Shown: positions 1 to 12,626 of the stretch, piece after piece
Layout of the letters: every line of letters starts with the position of its first letter
How positions within the stretch are numbered: position 1 is the first letter of the stretch
NCBI GenBank assembly: GCA_964187785.1
Contig: OZ076414.1
Span: 53,010,001 to 53,074,000 of the forward strand
DNA: 64,000 nucleotides
Direction of reading: 5' to 3'
Origin: Amphiscolops sp. MND2022
Lineage: Eukaryota
The notes under the pieces: generated by a model
What the model was told of the DNA's origin: nothing
Seen by the model: only the letters and a program-made list of their open reading frames with translations
Database searches by the model: none
Position numbers and translations under genes: made by a program

Positions 1-2335
1 TATTGTAAAACATTAGCAAGCATTTTTTGTTGTAGTAATGTCGAATTCTATAAATAAGTCCACAAAATTTATTTAATTTTTTCACAACACGATTAATATG
101 TTCATGAAATCGTAATCGACTATCTATATGCACACCTAAGTACCTGCATGATTTATTAAACGGTATCTTTTTGGACATCATTGTTATTTCAAGTGGCTTT
201 CCTGATCCAAACGGAACAACTTCACATTTATCCAAATTAACCGATAATTTATTTTTTGTAAACCAGTTAGTCAGTGAGTTTATATCTTCTTCAATTGAAA
301 TATCATTTCTGTTACCCGCTTTTATTACACTGGTATCATCCGCAAACAATGCAAGTTTGCTACTGTGTATACCTTCACTGAGGTCATTGATATAGATAAG
401 AAAAAGCAAAGGACCCAGCACAGAACCTTGTGGTACGCCAGTTAGTAGTGTTTGCATTTTGGTTACTTTTTCATCATGATAAACATATTGTGTTCGATTT
501 TCCAAGTAAGATTTCAGAAGATCATTGACGGGTCCACGAAAACCTAAAAAATTTAGCTTTTTCAAAAGAATGCTATGGTCAAGGGTATCAAATGCTTTCT
601 GTAAATCTATGAAGCAGGCATGTCCAGTATGTTTCTTTTCAATGGCTTCCCTAATATATTCCGTTACCGTAGATATTGCATCGACACATGATCTACTTGA
701 ACGAAACCCATATTGATCAGAACTTATCAATTTATGTTTTTTACAAAACTTCAAAATCCTTTTATAAAGTAATTTCTCAAAAACTTTACTGATTGAGCTC
801 AGCAAACTAATCGGTCGATAATTTTCAGGTTTTTCATAATCCCCCTTCTTGTATAGCGGAATGACTTTTGCAACTTTCAATGTTTCAGGGAATACATGTT
901 CATTAATAGCTTTATTGATGGCGTCTGCTAAAAAACAATCTACTACAGGTGAACAACATTTGAGTATTTCATTACTGATGCCGTCATGGCCAGTACTTTT
1001 CTTATTTTTTAACTGCTTGATTATTTTTGAAACTTCTAAATGGTCAGTAGGGTGTATAACCATTGAATTTAGGATCTTTCGTGACTCATAATTGAATGGA
1101 ATGGATTGCAACTTGGATGACAGAAGCGTTCCGACAGAAGCAAAATGATTATTCAGATTTTCCAAATCAGGCATTTTCCGCGGTTTTTGTTGCTGTTGTT
1201 TGAAAGTTTTAAGACTTTTATAAATCATTTTAGACGTTGGAGTTGGACCTAATTTTTTGATATTGGCATTCTTTTTTTCAGATCTTATCAACGATGTAAC
1301 TTTGTTTCTGAATGTTTTGTAAGCTCGTTCGCTATCCGTCGTCGGACTTTTTATCCACTTTTGGAAGAGTTCATCACGTTTTACAATTGCATTCTTAATT
1401 TTGTTTGTTATCCAATCGTTTTGATCGTAGTGCGAATTGAGTTCCCGTTCAGGAGCAAATCTATCCACACATTCCATTATTATTCTTGATATCTCATGAA
1501 ATTGTATATCTGCAGCGTTATTTTGTGAAATTGTTTTCAATTTTTGATACAAAACGAATAGAAAGTTCAAAGCATTTTCACCTTTCAGTTTTTTCATGTT
1601 TCTTGCTTTCATTGTTTTTTTACTTTCAACATTTTTACTTTCAGGTAGTTTCAGAATAACTGAATAATGATCACTGATAGTCGTTTTGATCGTATCGGTT
1701 GCAAACTCATTAAGTGAAATGAAATGATCGAGACAACTTTTGGTTTTTGCGGTCACTCTAGTGGGTTCAACATTTCTGAGTTTGAAATCATATGCAGCTA
1801 ATAATGACTCGTAGTTTTTTTTATCATTATCGTTTTTTTGTGTATCGATGTTGAAATCGCCAAAAATAATAGTTTCATTTTTCAACATTTTCAATTGGTG
1901 AAGTAGTTGCTCCAATTGGGGAAAAAATTGCGTCAGGTAAAATTTCTCGTTTCGATACAAAATACAAAGATTAATAGTTTGAACTCCTATCTTAAATTCG
2001 AAAACACAGCACTCAATCTTTGTGTCTACTTGAATTTGCTTATACTCTATTCCATTTTTTGCATAAAGAGCTACTCCGCCTGATCGTCGTTTGGCATTTT
2101 TCCGTGGCGTTGATTCAAGTGGTTGATAACCTGTTATGTTAAAATCTTCCATGTCATCGCTTTCTGTCATCCAAGATTCAGTTATCGCAATTATTTCTGG
2201 TTTATGTTCCAATGTTTGTAGAAGGATCTCAAGTTCGTTTAGATGTTTGCTTAAAGATCTAATGTTCATTCCTAAAATCGTTTTGCTTTCATTTTCGAAG
2301 GGTACCAAGGATTGGTTTTCAGTATCGTTTAACAT
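1..2335 (-). CDS. LINE ORF2 (APE endonuclease + reverse transcriptase), 3'-partial
   Basis: The ATG at 2335 reads MLNDTENQ...ILGMNIRSL...IIAITESW...RSGGVALY...IIFGDFNID (APE motifs). Near 340 it reads KLALFADDT (RT catalytic motif) and near 1-260 SVNLDKCEVV...RYLGVHIDSRLRF. Start and end frames agree, and the track lists no minus-strand sub-ORFs here, consistent with one unbroken frame running off the edge. Confidence 0.88.
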   Translation of the reverse strand, partial: MLNDTENQSLVPFENESKTILGMNIRSLSKHLNELEILLQTLEHKPEIIAITESWMTESDDMEDFNITGYQPLESTPRKNAKRRSGGVALYAKNGIEYKQIQVDTKIECCVFEFKIGVQTINLCILYRNEKFYLTQFFPQLEQLLHQLKMLKNETIIFGDFNIDTQKNDNDKKNYESLLAAYDFKLRNVEPTRVTAKTKSCLDHFISLNEFATDTIKTTISDHYSVILKLPESKNVESKKTMKARNMKKLKGENALNFLFVLYQKLKTISQNNAADIQFHEISRIIMECVDRFAPERELNSHYDQNDWITNKIKNAIVKRDELFQKWIKSPTTDSERAYKTFRNKVTSLIRSEKKNANIKKLGPTPTSKMIYKSLKTFKQQQQKPRKMPDLENLNNHFASVGTLLSSKLQSIPFNYESRKILNSMVIHPTDHLEVSKIIKQLKNKKSTGHDGISNEILKCCSPVVDCFLADAINKAINEHVFPETLKVAKVIPLYKKGDYEKPENYRPISLLSSISKVFEKLLYKRILKFCKKHKLISSDQYGFRSSRSCVDAISTVTEYIREAIEKKHTGHACFIDLQKAFDTLDHSILLKKLNFLGFRGPVNDLLKSYLENRTQYVYHDEKVTKMQTLLTGVPQGSVLGPLLFLIYINDLSEGIHSSKLALFADDTSVIKAGNRNDISIEEDINSLTNWFTKNKLSVNLDKCEVVPFGSGKPLEITMMSKKIPFNKSCRYLGVHIDSRLRFHEHINRVVKKLNKFCGLIYRIRHYYNKKCLLMFYN

Positions 2336-2375
2336 GAGTCTGTAGTCAATGATAATGTACGTCATTAGATCACAC

Positions 2376-3275
2376 TTAGTTAGTTTCCATGCCTTCAGTT
2401 TCCTTGTTATTCATCATTTTGGGTACTGGCGAATCTTTTTGCAAGGATTCTATGAAATTGACCAGACCATCCCTGTCATCCATAAGTTGCTTCAATTTTT
2501 CAGCAATGTTCATTGTCTCAGCGGTCCTTGGTGTCTGCTCACGCTGTCTTTTATCTTTGTTGTTCTGCAACTTCAAATTGGCATCTTTGTTGTCCATGTT
2601 AAACATTGAAGGATTTCGTCCAGTCATTTGTTGTTTAAATAACAAAGGTTTTTTCTTTTGGAAAATATCATCTGCATCTTTGAAATCAACTAAAGTATGT
2701 CTTTGATATCCACCGTTGGCGTTGGGAACCAAAACTTGAGGTGCAGAATTGAATGTTGTTGTATACATGCCTAGACCTTTCGCATAATCTTCCAGTTCCA
2801 AATCGCGTTGTGTCAGCCTTTCATTGAGAAATACTGGTCGTTTATTTGCAGGATTCACGTAGTTTTTCAAAAACTTTTTCCTTCCCCAAATTCGGTTTTT
2901 AATATCAAAATATACGAACTTTGTAATCACAGTACAAGGTTTGTTTTTACTCACGACACCCAGTGGATGAACTGCTTTGAGGTCATAGGCCGTCACCTCC
3001 ACTCCAAGTACATCGTTGAAAAGAGCCAGGACATCTTTTGTGTAATCTCCATTCAATAATGGTAAATTGTTAATAATTAGGCAATCTTTTGACGAATATC
3101 TTTCTAGTTCATTGACTTTATTTTCCAGAAAAAGAACTCGATTGTGGAGTTTTGTTATGACGGAAGACTGTTCTTGAATCGCGTTGATAAGGTTTTCAAA
3201 TAAGGCAACAGTTTTGGAGTCCAATGTTTCTTGAACAGTTGAAAGTATTTCTTTTGCATTCTCAGTAGTATGCAT
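2376..3275 (-). CDS. LINE ORF1 protein (coiled coil + RRM-like + CTD), 299 aa
   Basis: Heptad-like N-terminus (ITKLHNRVLFLENKVNELERYS), then DCLIINNLP...AVHPLG...VITKF...VFLNERLT, typical of L1/CR1-type ORF1p. It lies directly upstream of ORF2. Confidence 0.85.
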   Translation of the reverse strand: MHTTENAKEILSTVQETLDSKTVALFENLINAIQEQSSVITKLHNRVLFLENKVNELERYSSKDCLIINNLPLLNGDYTKDVLALFNDVLGVEVTAYDLKAVHPLGVVSKNKPCTVITKFVYFDIKNRIWGRKKFLKNYVNPANKRPVFLNERLTQRDLELEDYAKGLGMYTTTFNSAPQVLVPNANGGYQRHTLVDFKDADDIFQKKKPLLFKQQMTGRNPSMFNMDNKDANLKLQNNKDKRQREQTPRTAETMNIAEKLKQLMDDRDGLVNFIESLQKDSPVPKMMNNKETEGMETN

Positions 3276-6200
3276 TTCTTACAGCGCAGTTTCAATATTT
3301 CAAGTGTGGTAATCCAATGACGTAACAATAAGAATTAGAGCTGACTGTTCGCTAGCATCAAGTTGTGTGTTGTGATCAAGTTATTTCTGGATCATATTAA
3401 TAAGATTCCTAAATTAAATTAATTCCTGGATCTTGTAAACATCAGAGATTTTCATTGTTTATATTTTTTTCATGAAACGAAAATTAAACTCAGTATACAA
3501 TATTTGGAACACTATTGGACCGTTGCACTAATTACTCTATTGTTTCTGAGCGGTGTTGACTCCGCTATGTCCTCCTTAGTTACAGTGTTGTGAAGAGTTG
3601 TAAAGTACACCTAAAACAGTATAAAGTAGAGCCGAAACTGTCTAGATAGGAGACCATTGTCCTAAAAAACATCCGGTTTCCAGCCAAAAACACTCCAAGT
3701 CTCGCAAACATGCAAAAATGGTTCCTAACCGTTACTGAATGTTCCTACATACACCCGGGGGTCTTAAAATGAGAAATAAGCAAAATACATTGACTCAGAC
3801 ATTCTACTAAGAAAGACAAATCTAAATCTACAAGATCAGAATTCAAAAAAAACTGTAGAAAATGTAGAAAAGCACCAAAAAATCTTCCTTTGTCCTCTGC
3901 ATGGTTTTTACAAAGAAAACGATTCAAATCAAGGCCTCAGCTAAAACCGGATCTGCGAGATATTCAACTAAATATAAAGAAATTCCGGCGTCAATTATGT
4001 TGACTCTCCATAACTCTGTGTTTCATACAGCTATTGAGATCTTCTCTAGTTAGGCGGGTTGTCGGGGTGTATTCTCATTTCAGTTTTCCCTACTTGTTTT
4101 GGGCACCTGCCAAGTTGCAAAGACAGAAAGTACCTCATCTGTACGTGAGAGATGTTGTTCTGTCACCATGGTTAGTAATCGCACCCTTGAAATATGCAGA
4201 CAAAGACGCATTGCGTTGCCCCCCAACGATGGTTTTGTTGTAGATACAATGATGTGTCGCAGAAATTGGTGAAAAGTTCTACTCCAAACTTTGACGTAGA
4301 GAACAGAAAAACTGCTAAAGACACTATATACCGGTTCTAGCCCCACAGTTTTGATGTATTTTAGCGAAATGCTTTTAGTTGTGTGGTCTTCCATTTCGAT
4401 GTATGGTTGCATGGATTATCACTGTTTATATCTCTATTTCTGAGCTTGAGAGCTACTTTTGGTGATTTTAGTTCATAATCCCCTGCCATCCAGGAATTAG
4501 AAATTTACCTCATTCTTTGCCCAGTTTGCCGCTACAGTTGACATTGAAAGTTACAAAAATCTAGTTTATAATTTTTTTCAAAGTTTCATTTTCAAACACA
4601 GTGTAAAGTACTTCAAACTATGGTACATTTAAGTAACTGGTTATCGAATACGAAAAAAGTGTTTGATAGTTTCAAGAATGTTACAGTTCAGCGAGACACG
4701 ATTTTAGTTACAATAGTGACTGAAAGTTGCATTTCCTCCTTATGGATTAGTCCAAAACAGTAAGAAAAAGTTTACTCACAACCTTCGCAATGTGTGCGCC
4801 GAATAGGCTGCTTTGCTTTCTTTAAATCGGTGTCTCCTCATAGCTTTACCAAAGTGATCATTAATATCTGTAGCAAAAGTTAACCAGCGCTCAAAATAGC
4901 TCCGAAGTCAATTGCTGAAGGACATACAAATCTGCCCTCTTGGTAAGATCTAAGAGTGAATTAAAAAAGACCTTAGAAACTTTTCAAGTTCATTCTTTGC
5001 CATGGCTTGGTATAAGAGCTAGTTGTTAACATAATTCAGTGAAATGCAACGTCCAGCAGCCTTGTGACATGGTACCCGTTAAAAAATTTTGAAAGATTCG
5101 AAATGTGACATGGCCGATCTGACAGGTACACCAAAATCAGTTTGGAAGACGAAAAAGCGAGATCGGAACGACCCACCCCCAGCAGCCGCAAGAAAAGAAC
5201 GGTATACACTCAGTGACAACACCGAAGAACCCAGAAGTGACGACTGCAACAGAAACTCCCGAAATGCCAAAATCATATTATTCCACCAAAAAAACCCAGA
5301 AACTTCAGTGTGTGCTCTTTCGGTATGCAGTATCACGTAAGTCAAAGTCGCGGTACCCTGAATGAGACTGCCGGAATTTTTTGCATGCTGCAGGCCTGCA
5401 TGCGAGGAAATTATTTATAAAACGTAGAAAATTCAGTGGTAATTCAGGAGGTAAATCTTGTAGAATTACTACTGCATTTACATTTTCCACTACTGCAATT
5501 ACATTTGAAAATAAATCCCACTTCATTACCGACACAATCACTTTATATTTAAACTTTGTTTCTCAACTGCTCATCTGATGTGATCACCGCTTCTCAAATA
5601 AGACGCTAAACACTGCGCTAATTTGCAATTTTTTCTTGACGGAAGTTGTTTTGCGTGTTAAACTGAGAGCCATTTGTTTGCTTTCAAAATTAGAACTGCT
5701 TCTTAATGAAACCTGCAAAATTTTAAGGCGGAAAATTGCCGCCCAAACTTTGATGAATCTTTCAAGTAGCTTGTTAAAAGTCGAATACAACAGGTAAATA
5801 TTTTTGCATGAAAGTTTCCGTAAGTGCTCACGAAAATCATAATAAAAGTTGCTGGCAAAATTAAAGTACATATAAAAAGTTCAAGAAGTTTCAACAAGGG
5901 TAAGGCCTTGACTCCATGTTTTATGACAGTAAATTTGTCAACAGTGGAATAGTTCAGGTAATTGGAAATGTATGATCTGTTATATTCCGTAATTTTAGTA
6001 TATCTGGTCAACAGCTAATTGCCTTTTTGGACCTCGGGAGTACGTAGTAACACACGCTAGGAACTTTAGAATTCGTTTTTACATGCTTGAGGGACTTGTC
6101 CGACGTTGAGGTTGCCGACATGTCGCCACAGCGCTTTAAATGAGGAGCCTCGTTGACGTTTGAGAAGTGCCCCTTTTCGGGAGAAAGAGTGTCTAGGGTT

Positions 6201-6813
6201 GTAGTGAGACCTGGTCTCCTGTCTAAGCAACGTAGACATTGTCCCGGCTCTAGGATGTACGCTACTACCTTGACGTTACAATGTCATGACTTTCACTAGC
6301 GATACAAGGTTTGGAAGACTTGGTTTCAATCAAACTTTCCAATATCCAGGAGTTCTCCGCAGGATGTCCTCGGATAGATTGAATTTCTGTTTTTGATCAA
6401 AATGTCAAATTTTTAATATTGTTTGATGTGTTTCGCTCAGAAAAAGGAAGTGACTTCCCAATTGCTACAAGGAAGATGAGTTTGCGTGTAAATTTTCAGT
6501 CGGCGCTGTTTGAAAGAAAGCGTGACTATTATAGTCGTTTTTCGTCGTGTTTTTTCATTTGTCAATCCGGTCGAAGTGACCATTCGTGCCAATTGCCGAA
6601 TTGGCTCAATTGCTCAGACCAAAATCCTAGTGGCTAGCTCATTCGCAGCAAAAGCATGATGAGTGGGTGCTGGAAAAGGCTTTATCTTTTGATTTCGTTT
6701 TGAAAAACCAATGATGATGTTTTGGATTTTTTGTCAGGTTTGAAAAATTTGGGTGGTCGTTGACCTGTGGTCGTTGAAACGAAGTTTGACAGGAATGAGT
6801 TGCTTAGGGGTTG

Positions 6814-7031
6814 TGTGACTAATTTACGTTGACACACACATATCTAAATGTCAATCATTCTCGCCACAACACTCCTCTTAACCTTTTGCTTTTTGACAGC
6901 GTAGTACCTGTCCATGAACTACAATACATTGTAGAATGCTAATTCAAACATTGTTTTCTTCATGCTGAGCAGAATAGATTATTGAACACGCTTCATCTTC
7001 TTTATATCATTCATAATCTATAGATAGAACA
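6814..7031 (+). repeat. 5' LTR (218 bp) of the degenerate Mag-like element
   Basis: TGTGAC...AGAACA, immediately followed by the PBS; alignable by eye to 12411-12626. Confidence 0.85.
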
Positions 7032-10000
7032 TGGCGCAGTAAAGCAAGATGAAAGAATCGAAAACAGGAGAAAGTACAGGCTCAAGCTCATCGAGCGGAG
7101 AGAACCCAGCAAAAAAAGCAATTGCAAAGAAAAAGGATACATACAGGAAGCGAAACTATTGTGGAGATGCTTCACACAATATAAAAATGCCGTAAAACAC
7201 TGATTTAAACGTCATGACAAACGACCGAGAGATCCTACAAGAACATAGAGACGAGCTGGAACACCGGATAAAGGATCTGTTTATCTGGGCGATAGGCGAG
7301 TCGGCAATAACGGAAATGACAAGGACAGAATACATTCCACAGGAGAGCTGATTTCGTTGGAATAACCAGAGTAAAACACGAAACGACCGAAGACGTATGG
7401 ACAAGGACAATACAGGTGGAGAAAAATTGTGACTTCCAAAACGTCATGAGGGTCGAGTAAATGGCTTCAAACTTTCTCTCAGTGATTGGAAGGTCAACAG
7501 GAGACTACGAACTCAAGAAAAAGATTCGAAACAGTGGTATGGCCATCGAGATCAGAACAGCCCTGATACATGAGCACATATATGACCGGCTGAACGATTC
7601 AAACGATTCAAATGACGGAAGAGAAAAAACATGTGCACGAAAGATCACACAAACGGAAATGTTAAGAAAAGACCAGGTAAGAGAAAGTAAAAACAAAACC
7701 AGACACTCTAAAGTTCACACAAAGAAATAACCGATGCGGACGATGAGGGGCACCAAATTGGACCAGACAACACACATGCCCACAAAGAAAGAACGGTAGA
7801 TGCAAAAATTGCGAAAGAAAGAAATTGCGAAAAGATGTGCAGCTCTTTGAAAAGAATTCAATACGTAAAAACGGCAACCTTATCAGCGGAAAAGGACAAT
7901 TTGGACTATGTCAAAATTCAGAATATCCACAACACAAAGCACAAAAAGGGATTTTACCACGCAAGACTATTGGTTGATAACGTACCAATGAAATTCATCA
8001 AAGGCAGTGGATCACCGGTATGACTAATTCCCGAGTGCTTGTTCAACGAAAAAACCAAATTAAAGCCACTTGAGACCTCTTACGAAGAAGTAAGCAACCA
8101 AAAGGTCGAATATAATGGATAGGCCAAGCAGAAGCAGCAGCAACAGTTAGAACAAATAAAAAACACTCGAGTTGACGTCATTGATTACATAAACTCAAAC
8201 ATCCCCGTTAGCCGGACTGGACTGGATGGAATGGCTGAAAACAAACCCAAACTCAAGTAACGACGCAGTACAGATCAACAACATGAATTTGGACACTACG
8301 GAAAAACGGATAATAAAGCTCCAAAATGACTTCAAGGACCTATTTTACAACAACCGGGAGATAAAGAACCTATCTGTGAAGATAAAGATGGAAGAAGGAG
8401 CACAAAAATTACAGCAAAAAAGAAGACCAATTCCGATACTTCTCCAAGAACAAGTAGCAAAAGAACTGAAGCTTTTAATAGACCACGGATACCTGGAAAA
8501 GGCAACTGCAGTTACCGGAGTCTGATTTGTCAGCCCAACAGTCATAACAGTGAAGGAAGAAAATCGCATTAGATTCAAGGAAACTAAACGAAGTAACAAT
8601 GAAAAGAAACACCCAAGTTCCGACATGGAAGAACTGATTTTACGGATCTCACAAACGACACCAGAGGGACTTGAAAGCGAATTTCTAGCCACGAAATTAG
8701 ACACCGATTACGCATAGGGAAAGATCAAACTGGACGAAAAAAAACCAGGAACCTCTGCATATTTACCGTAACAGAAGGCAGCAGGCGAATTCACAAGTTT
8801 CTACCGATTCTTGAAAAGAATCTACGGACTGGCCAATATCCCAACAATTTTTCAAGAACGGATAGACACTACACTAGAACATGAACATACAGCTAGCCTA
8901 GACGACATTATCATCGTAAGGAACGAAAGGAAACATGGAAAAACACGAAGCAGAGGTGCGAGAATCAAGGACTACTTTATAAAAATCTGGATACAGACTG
9001 AAACCAAAGTAACGTGAGTTTTTCAAAAACAAATTGAATGGGTGGGTCACAAAATAGACCATCAAGTAATACGACCACTGTAGGACAAATTGGACGCAAT
9101 AACAAAGATCATTATCCTTAAAAAAAAAACGAAACAGAACTAAAATCATTCCTGGGGGGATACAATACCTCTCGAAATACATTTAAAATCTGTCAACAAA
9201 CACAGAGACATAACGCAAACTACTAAAAACGCAGAAAGATTGGATCTGGACGGAAGAACACACAATCGATTTCAATATTTTGAAAGACTGTATAACGAAA
9301 CCCCCATGTTTAGCACATAATAACGCAAAAAACGACAATACATTAAGAACAGATACAACCACAAAAGGTCTAGGAGCAACACTTTGAGGTAGACAAAAAG
9401 ACGGAAATTTAATGCCGATTGGCTTAGCAAGCAGGTTTTTACCGGATCCTGAAAGGAAAAATGCAGTCAAGGAATAAGAACTACTAGCAGTAGTTTGGGG
9501 TTTAGAATATTTCCGTCTGCATATATACGGAAATTTGATTGAATTGCTATCAGATCACCAGGCCCAGAACCTTTGATAAAAAGCACACGATCAATTGAAA
9601 CAAACACCTCATGGCTCACAAGATGGCTGGATCGGTTGGCGTGCTTTGATATAAATCTAGCACACAAAGCCGGAAAACATTTGGCCCTGTCTAATTATTT
9701 GACCAGAAAGCCGGTATCGAAGAAAGAACCAATAGAAATTTACGGAGAAGAGTACGTCATTCATGCATGATACAATTACATGAGTTATTAACACTCACGG
9801 TAGCAGCAACGGTTCAACACAAGAACAAGAGAAATACAAACGGACAAGGACGAGCAGTGTGAACAGAAAATTAGCCAATCAGAAGCGAGATGCCAAAACG
9901 AATGAAAGTCAGAAAAAGACAAACTAACCAAGCACAGTTCGTTGCTAACAAAACAAAATACAGTCGAACACGTGAAAAAACAAACACAGAAGGACATTGA

Positions 10001-12410
10001 AAAATCGAACAAATCGAGAAAGAAGATCCGTCAGAAGAATCTTTAGAGTTAACAAACCGCTAGAAAGAACTCACAAAAACTGCCCAACGGAGTGTGGAAG
10101 AAATATAGCCCCACAAAATCACAGACAAGATATAAGAAGAATCGAAATGGAATTACATCAGAAGAGAAACGGAAAAAGTTGGGAGAAAATGGAACGACGA
10201 AAGTCTGAGTCGAAGGAAGAGACACTAATATGTGAGGAGTTACAGAGAGTAATCCACAAATAAATAAACACCCCCATTAAACTATCAGATGACCAACCAG
10301 GACCGAACAAATTGATCCAAATCGAAGAAACCTTAGAAGCAAATAAAACCCCGGAGAGTTTCAAAACCGGATCCACAAGCTCCAACAATTCCATTGACGT
10401 CCCTGCACCCAATTTTACATAGCACTTGGGAGCAACAGTGGTCCGCTCTATACAAATGGTGCAAGCGAGCCACATACAGACCGATAAGTCTTGGGACTTA
10501 GAAGAAACGGCCAGACAGGCGGAACAAAAGTTCACAACGGAGTGAAAAATTAATTGCGAATGAAACAACCGATGATGAGAAATTGTTAAAAACACTATCT
10601 TTCCGGAACCGAACACACTTGATCAATTACCTGAAGAATACAAACCATCCCAGAAGCACCTCTCAACCTGATTCGGAGTACTTTGTTACGATGATCGAAT
10701 CATTACACCACGAACACTACCACGAACAATCATAACGCTGCTACCAGAGGACAAGCGGCCATAAGCAAAATGACGTCAGCAGCGAAACTGTTTTGGTGGC
10801 CAGAACTACGAAAAAAAACTATCAACAAAAGTGTGAAGAATGCATCCTCTGTAGATGGCAGGTAAGAGTAATAAAGCTCAAATACCGATGACGTAAATTA
10901 CTTATCTATCACCGGCTGAAAATGCGAATCAAGAAATCCAATTGGATTTCGCCTGCCCAATAGATTCAAGCACCGTTGCATTTATCTACTATTTCTAATA
11001 AACAGTTATTGCAGGTGGCCGGCCGCGTGCTTATCCAAAACACCAAACAAAAAAACAACAAATGTTTTTTGGAACAATACATTACAATAAACGGCCTGCC
11101 ACAGACAATCGGAATGGATAAAGGCACAGCTTCTACCGGAAACTAACTCAGGGAAACTGAACATCGATTTAATACACAAAACACTGTAAATACACACACC
11201 AACCGGATTAGTAGAAAGAGGAAGGAAAACCCTCAAAGACTTTTTACGAGCGAACCTCGAAAGTAAAATTCGAATGAAGCATTAGGCCGTTAACTAAATA
11301 CAATGAGGACAACGGTCCGTTCGAGCATGAACGATTATCAGTTCGAACGATATCACGGGAGAAAACCGAGAACGGAGATACCCAATTAGTTGGATATATC
11401 TCCGAAAAACAATATATTGTTTCAGCTGAGCTGAAGACTCTACAGGTCTACAAAGTCTCCAACGGGAGTGGAAAGCAAGACCAGCTGGTGATGAAAGCTC
11501 TCAGAAAAACGAAAGACGTTAGTAACAACTTTCCATACAAATTTCTAAAGAAACAAAGTCTTACTAAATTTGGATGTATGCACGACCAAAAACCACAAAC
11601 AGCGATAGATGGTACAAAACACAAATACTACAAACGAAAATAAAAAAAGACATCGGAAAAGAGTCACCAAACCATTGAATATGATATTTCAGAATCCCTT
11701 ACCGAGGAGGGGGTAAAATGCCAGAGGTCCAGACGGAAGATTTACGACCAAACACAAAAACACCAGCGCTGAGCATATCGAACGAAGAAGCACCATAGTA
11801 CTAGTAGAAATCTTCAATTCAACAATCGATGGGGGAAGCACTCTAGCAAGTCCCGGCATCGGAAGAGGCAGGAAAAAATGATCCGCATCAGGTCAATCCA
11901 GAGCTCAGGAGACAACATCCTGAGGGTCTACGTTGAAAGTATGACAACAACAAAAGGACTAGGCATTACACACATAGAAGAAAATCCAAACATCGTTACA
12001 GTCGCCGATGGAAACCGATTCAAAAACAAACAAGTGTTAGACAACATAAATTTGAACGAAACTAATAACCGAACAAACTATTTTACGAAAATCTTCCCGA
12101 CTCAGATCCAGAAACCCTTTGATTCGGTACGGAAACCCGATCACATTTTGATTATTACAGGTAACACAAGTGGAATTGAGAAGCTGAAGACCGTTCAACA
12201 GAGTGAAGAAGAGCGACCGCAGGAAGAAACTACTTTGACGAGTCTTATACCGTCAACAATCAAAGAAGAAGATTGAAGTAGATAAAACTCCAGAAAACAT
12301 TTAGCTTTTTCGGTGCCTGACCGTCTACAAACACTGCTCATTCGGTGCTACTTGAACGGTTTGCTAAACTTTGTTTTGTCGTGGAAAATTTCGCTTAGAT
12401 TGCGGGGGAA

Positions 12411-12626
12411 TGTGACATCTATACGTTGACTTACACACATATCCAAATGTCAATCATTCCCACCACAACTCGTCTATTAACCTTTTGCCTTTTGACAGCG
12501 TAGTACTTGTCCATGAACTACAACACATTGTAGTAGGCTAACCTATTCACTTACATTGTTATCTTCATACTGATCAGAGATTATTGAACACGCTTTATCT
12601 TTCTTTCATTTTCTATCGATAGAACA
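12411..12626 (+). repeat. 3' LTR (216 bp) of the degenerate Mag-like element
   Basis: TGTGAC...AGAACA, preceded by the PPT; clearly diverged from the 5' LTR. Confidence 0.85.

Larger units (their letters stand above)
1..3275 (-). mobile_element. Non-LTR retrotransposon (LINE, APE-endonuclease type, CR1/L2-like), 3' end outside the window
   Basis: ORF1 (2376-3275) is followed 40 nt later by an endonuclease-RT ORF2 on the same strand. The 5' UTR boundary upstream of 3275 was not defined. Confidence 0.9.
6814..12626 (+). mobile_element. Degenerate Ty3/gypsy LTR retrotransposon (Mag-like), related to the 45158-62587 array
   Basis: Diverged LTRs at both ends, PBS TGGCGCAGT at 7032, PPT GGGGGAA at 12404-12410. 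Stop- and frameshift-riddled gag/PR/RT/RH/IN fragments resemble the array proteins (e.g. NFLSVIGRSTGDYELKKKIR, YGLANIPTIFQERID, RLTRWLDRL). Flanks GGTTG/GGTCT give only a partial TSD. Confidence 0.9.

Noticed and set aside
4080-4412. 110-aa minus ORF, and an IVGG-like peptide in a neighbouring frame, as a protease start
   Set aside because: No further protease motifs follow and the frame closes after about 30 codons.
4600-5950. Possible decayed hAT-type transposase on the minus strand (PCHISNL, FS...NRVSLNCNILETI echoes)
   Set aside because: Motif resemblance is weak, spread over several frames with many stops, and no TIRs or TSD were found; needs a tBLASTn/HMM search.
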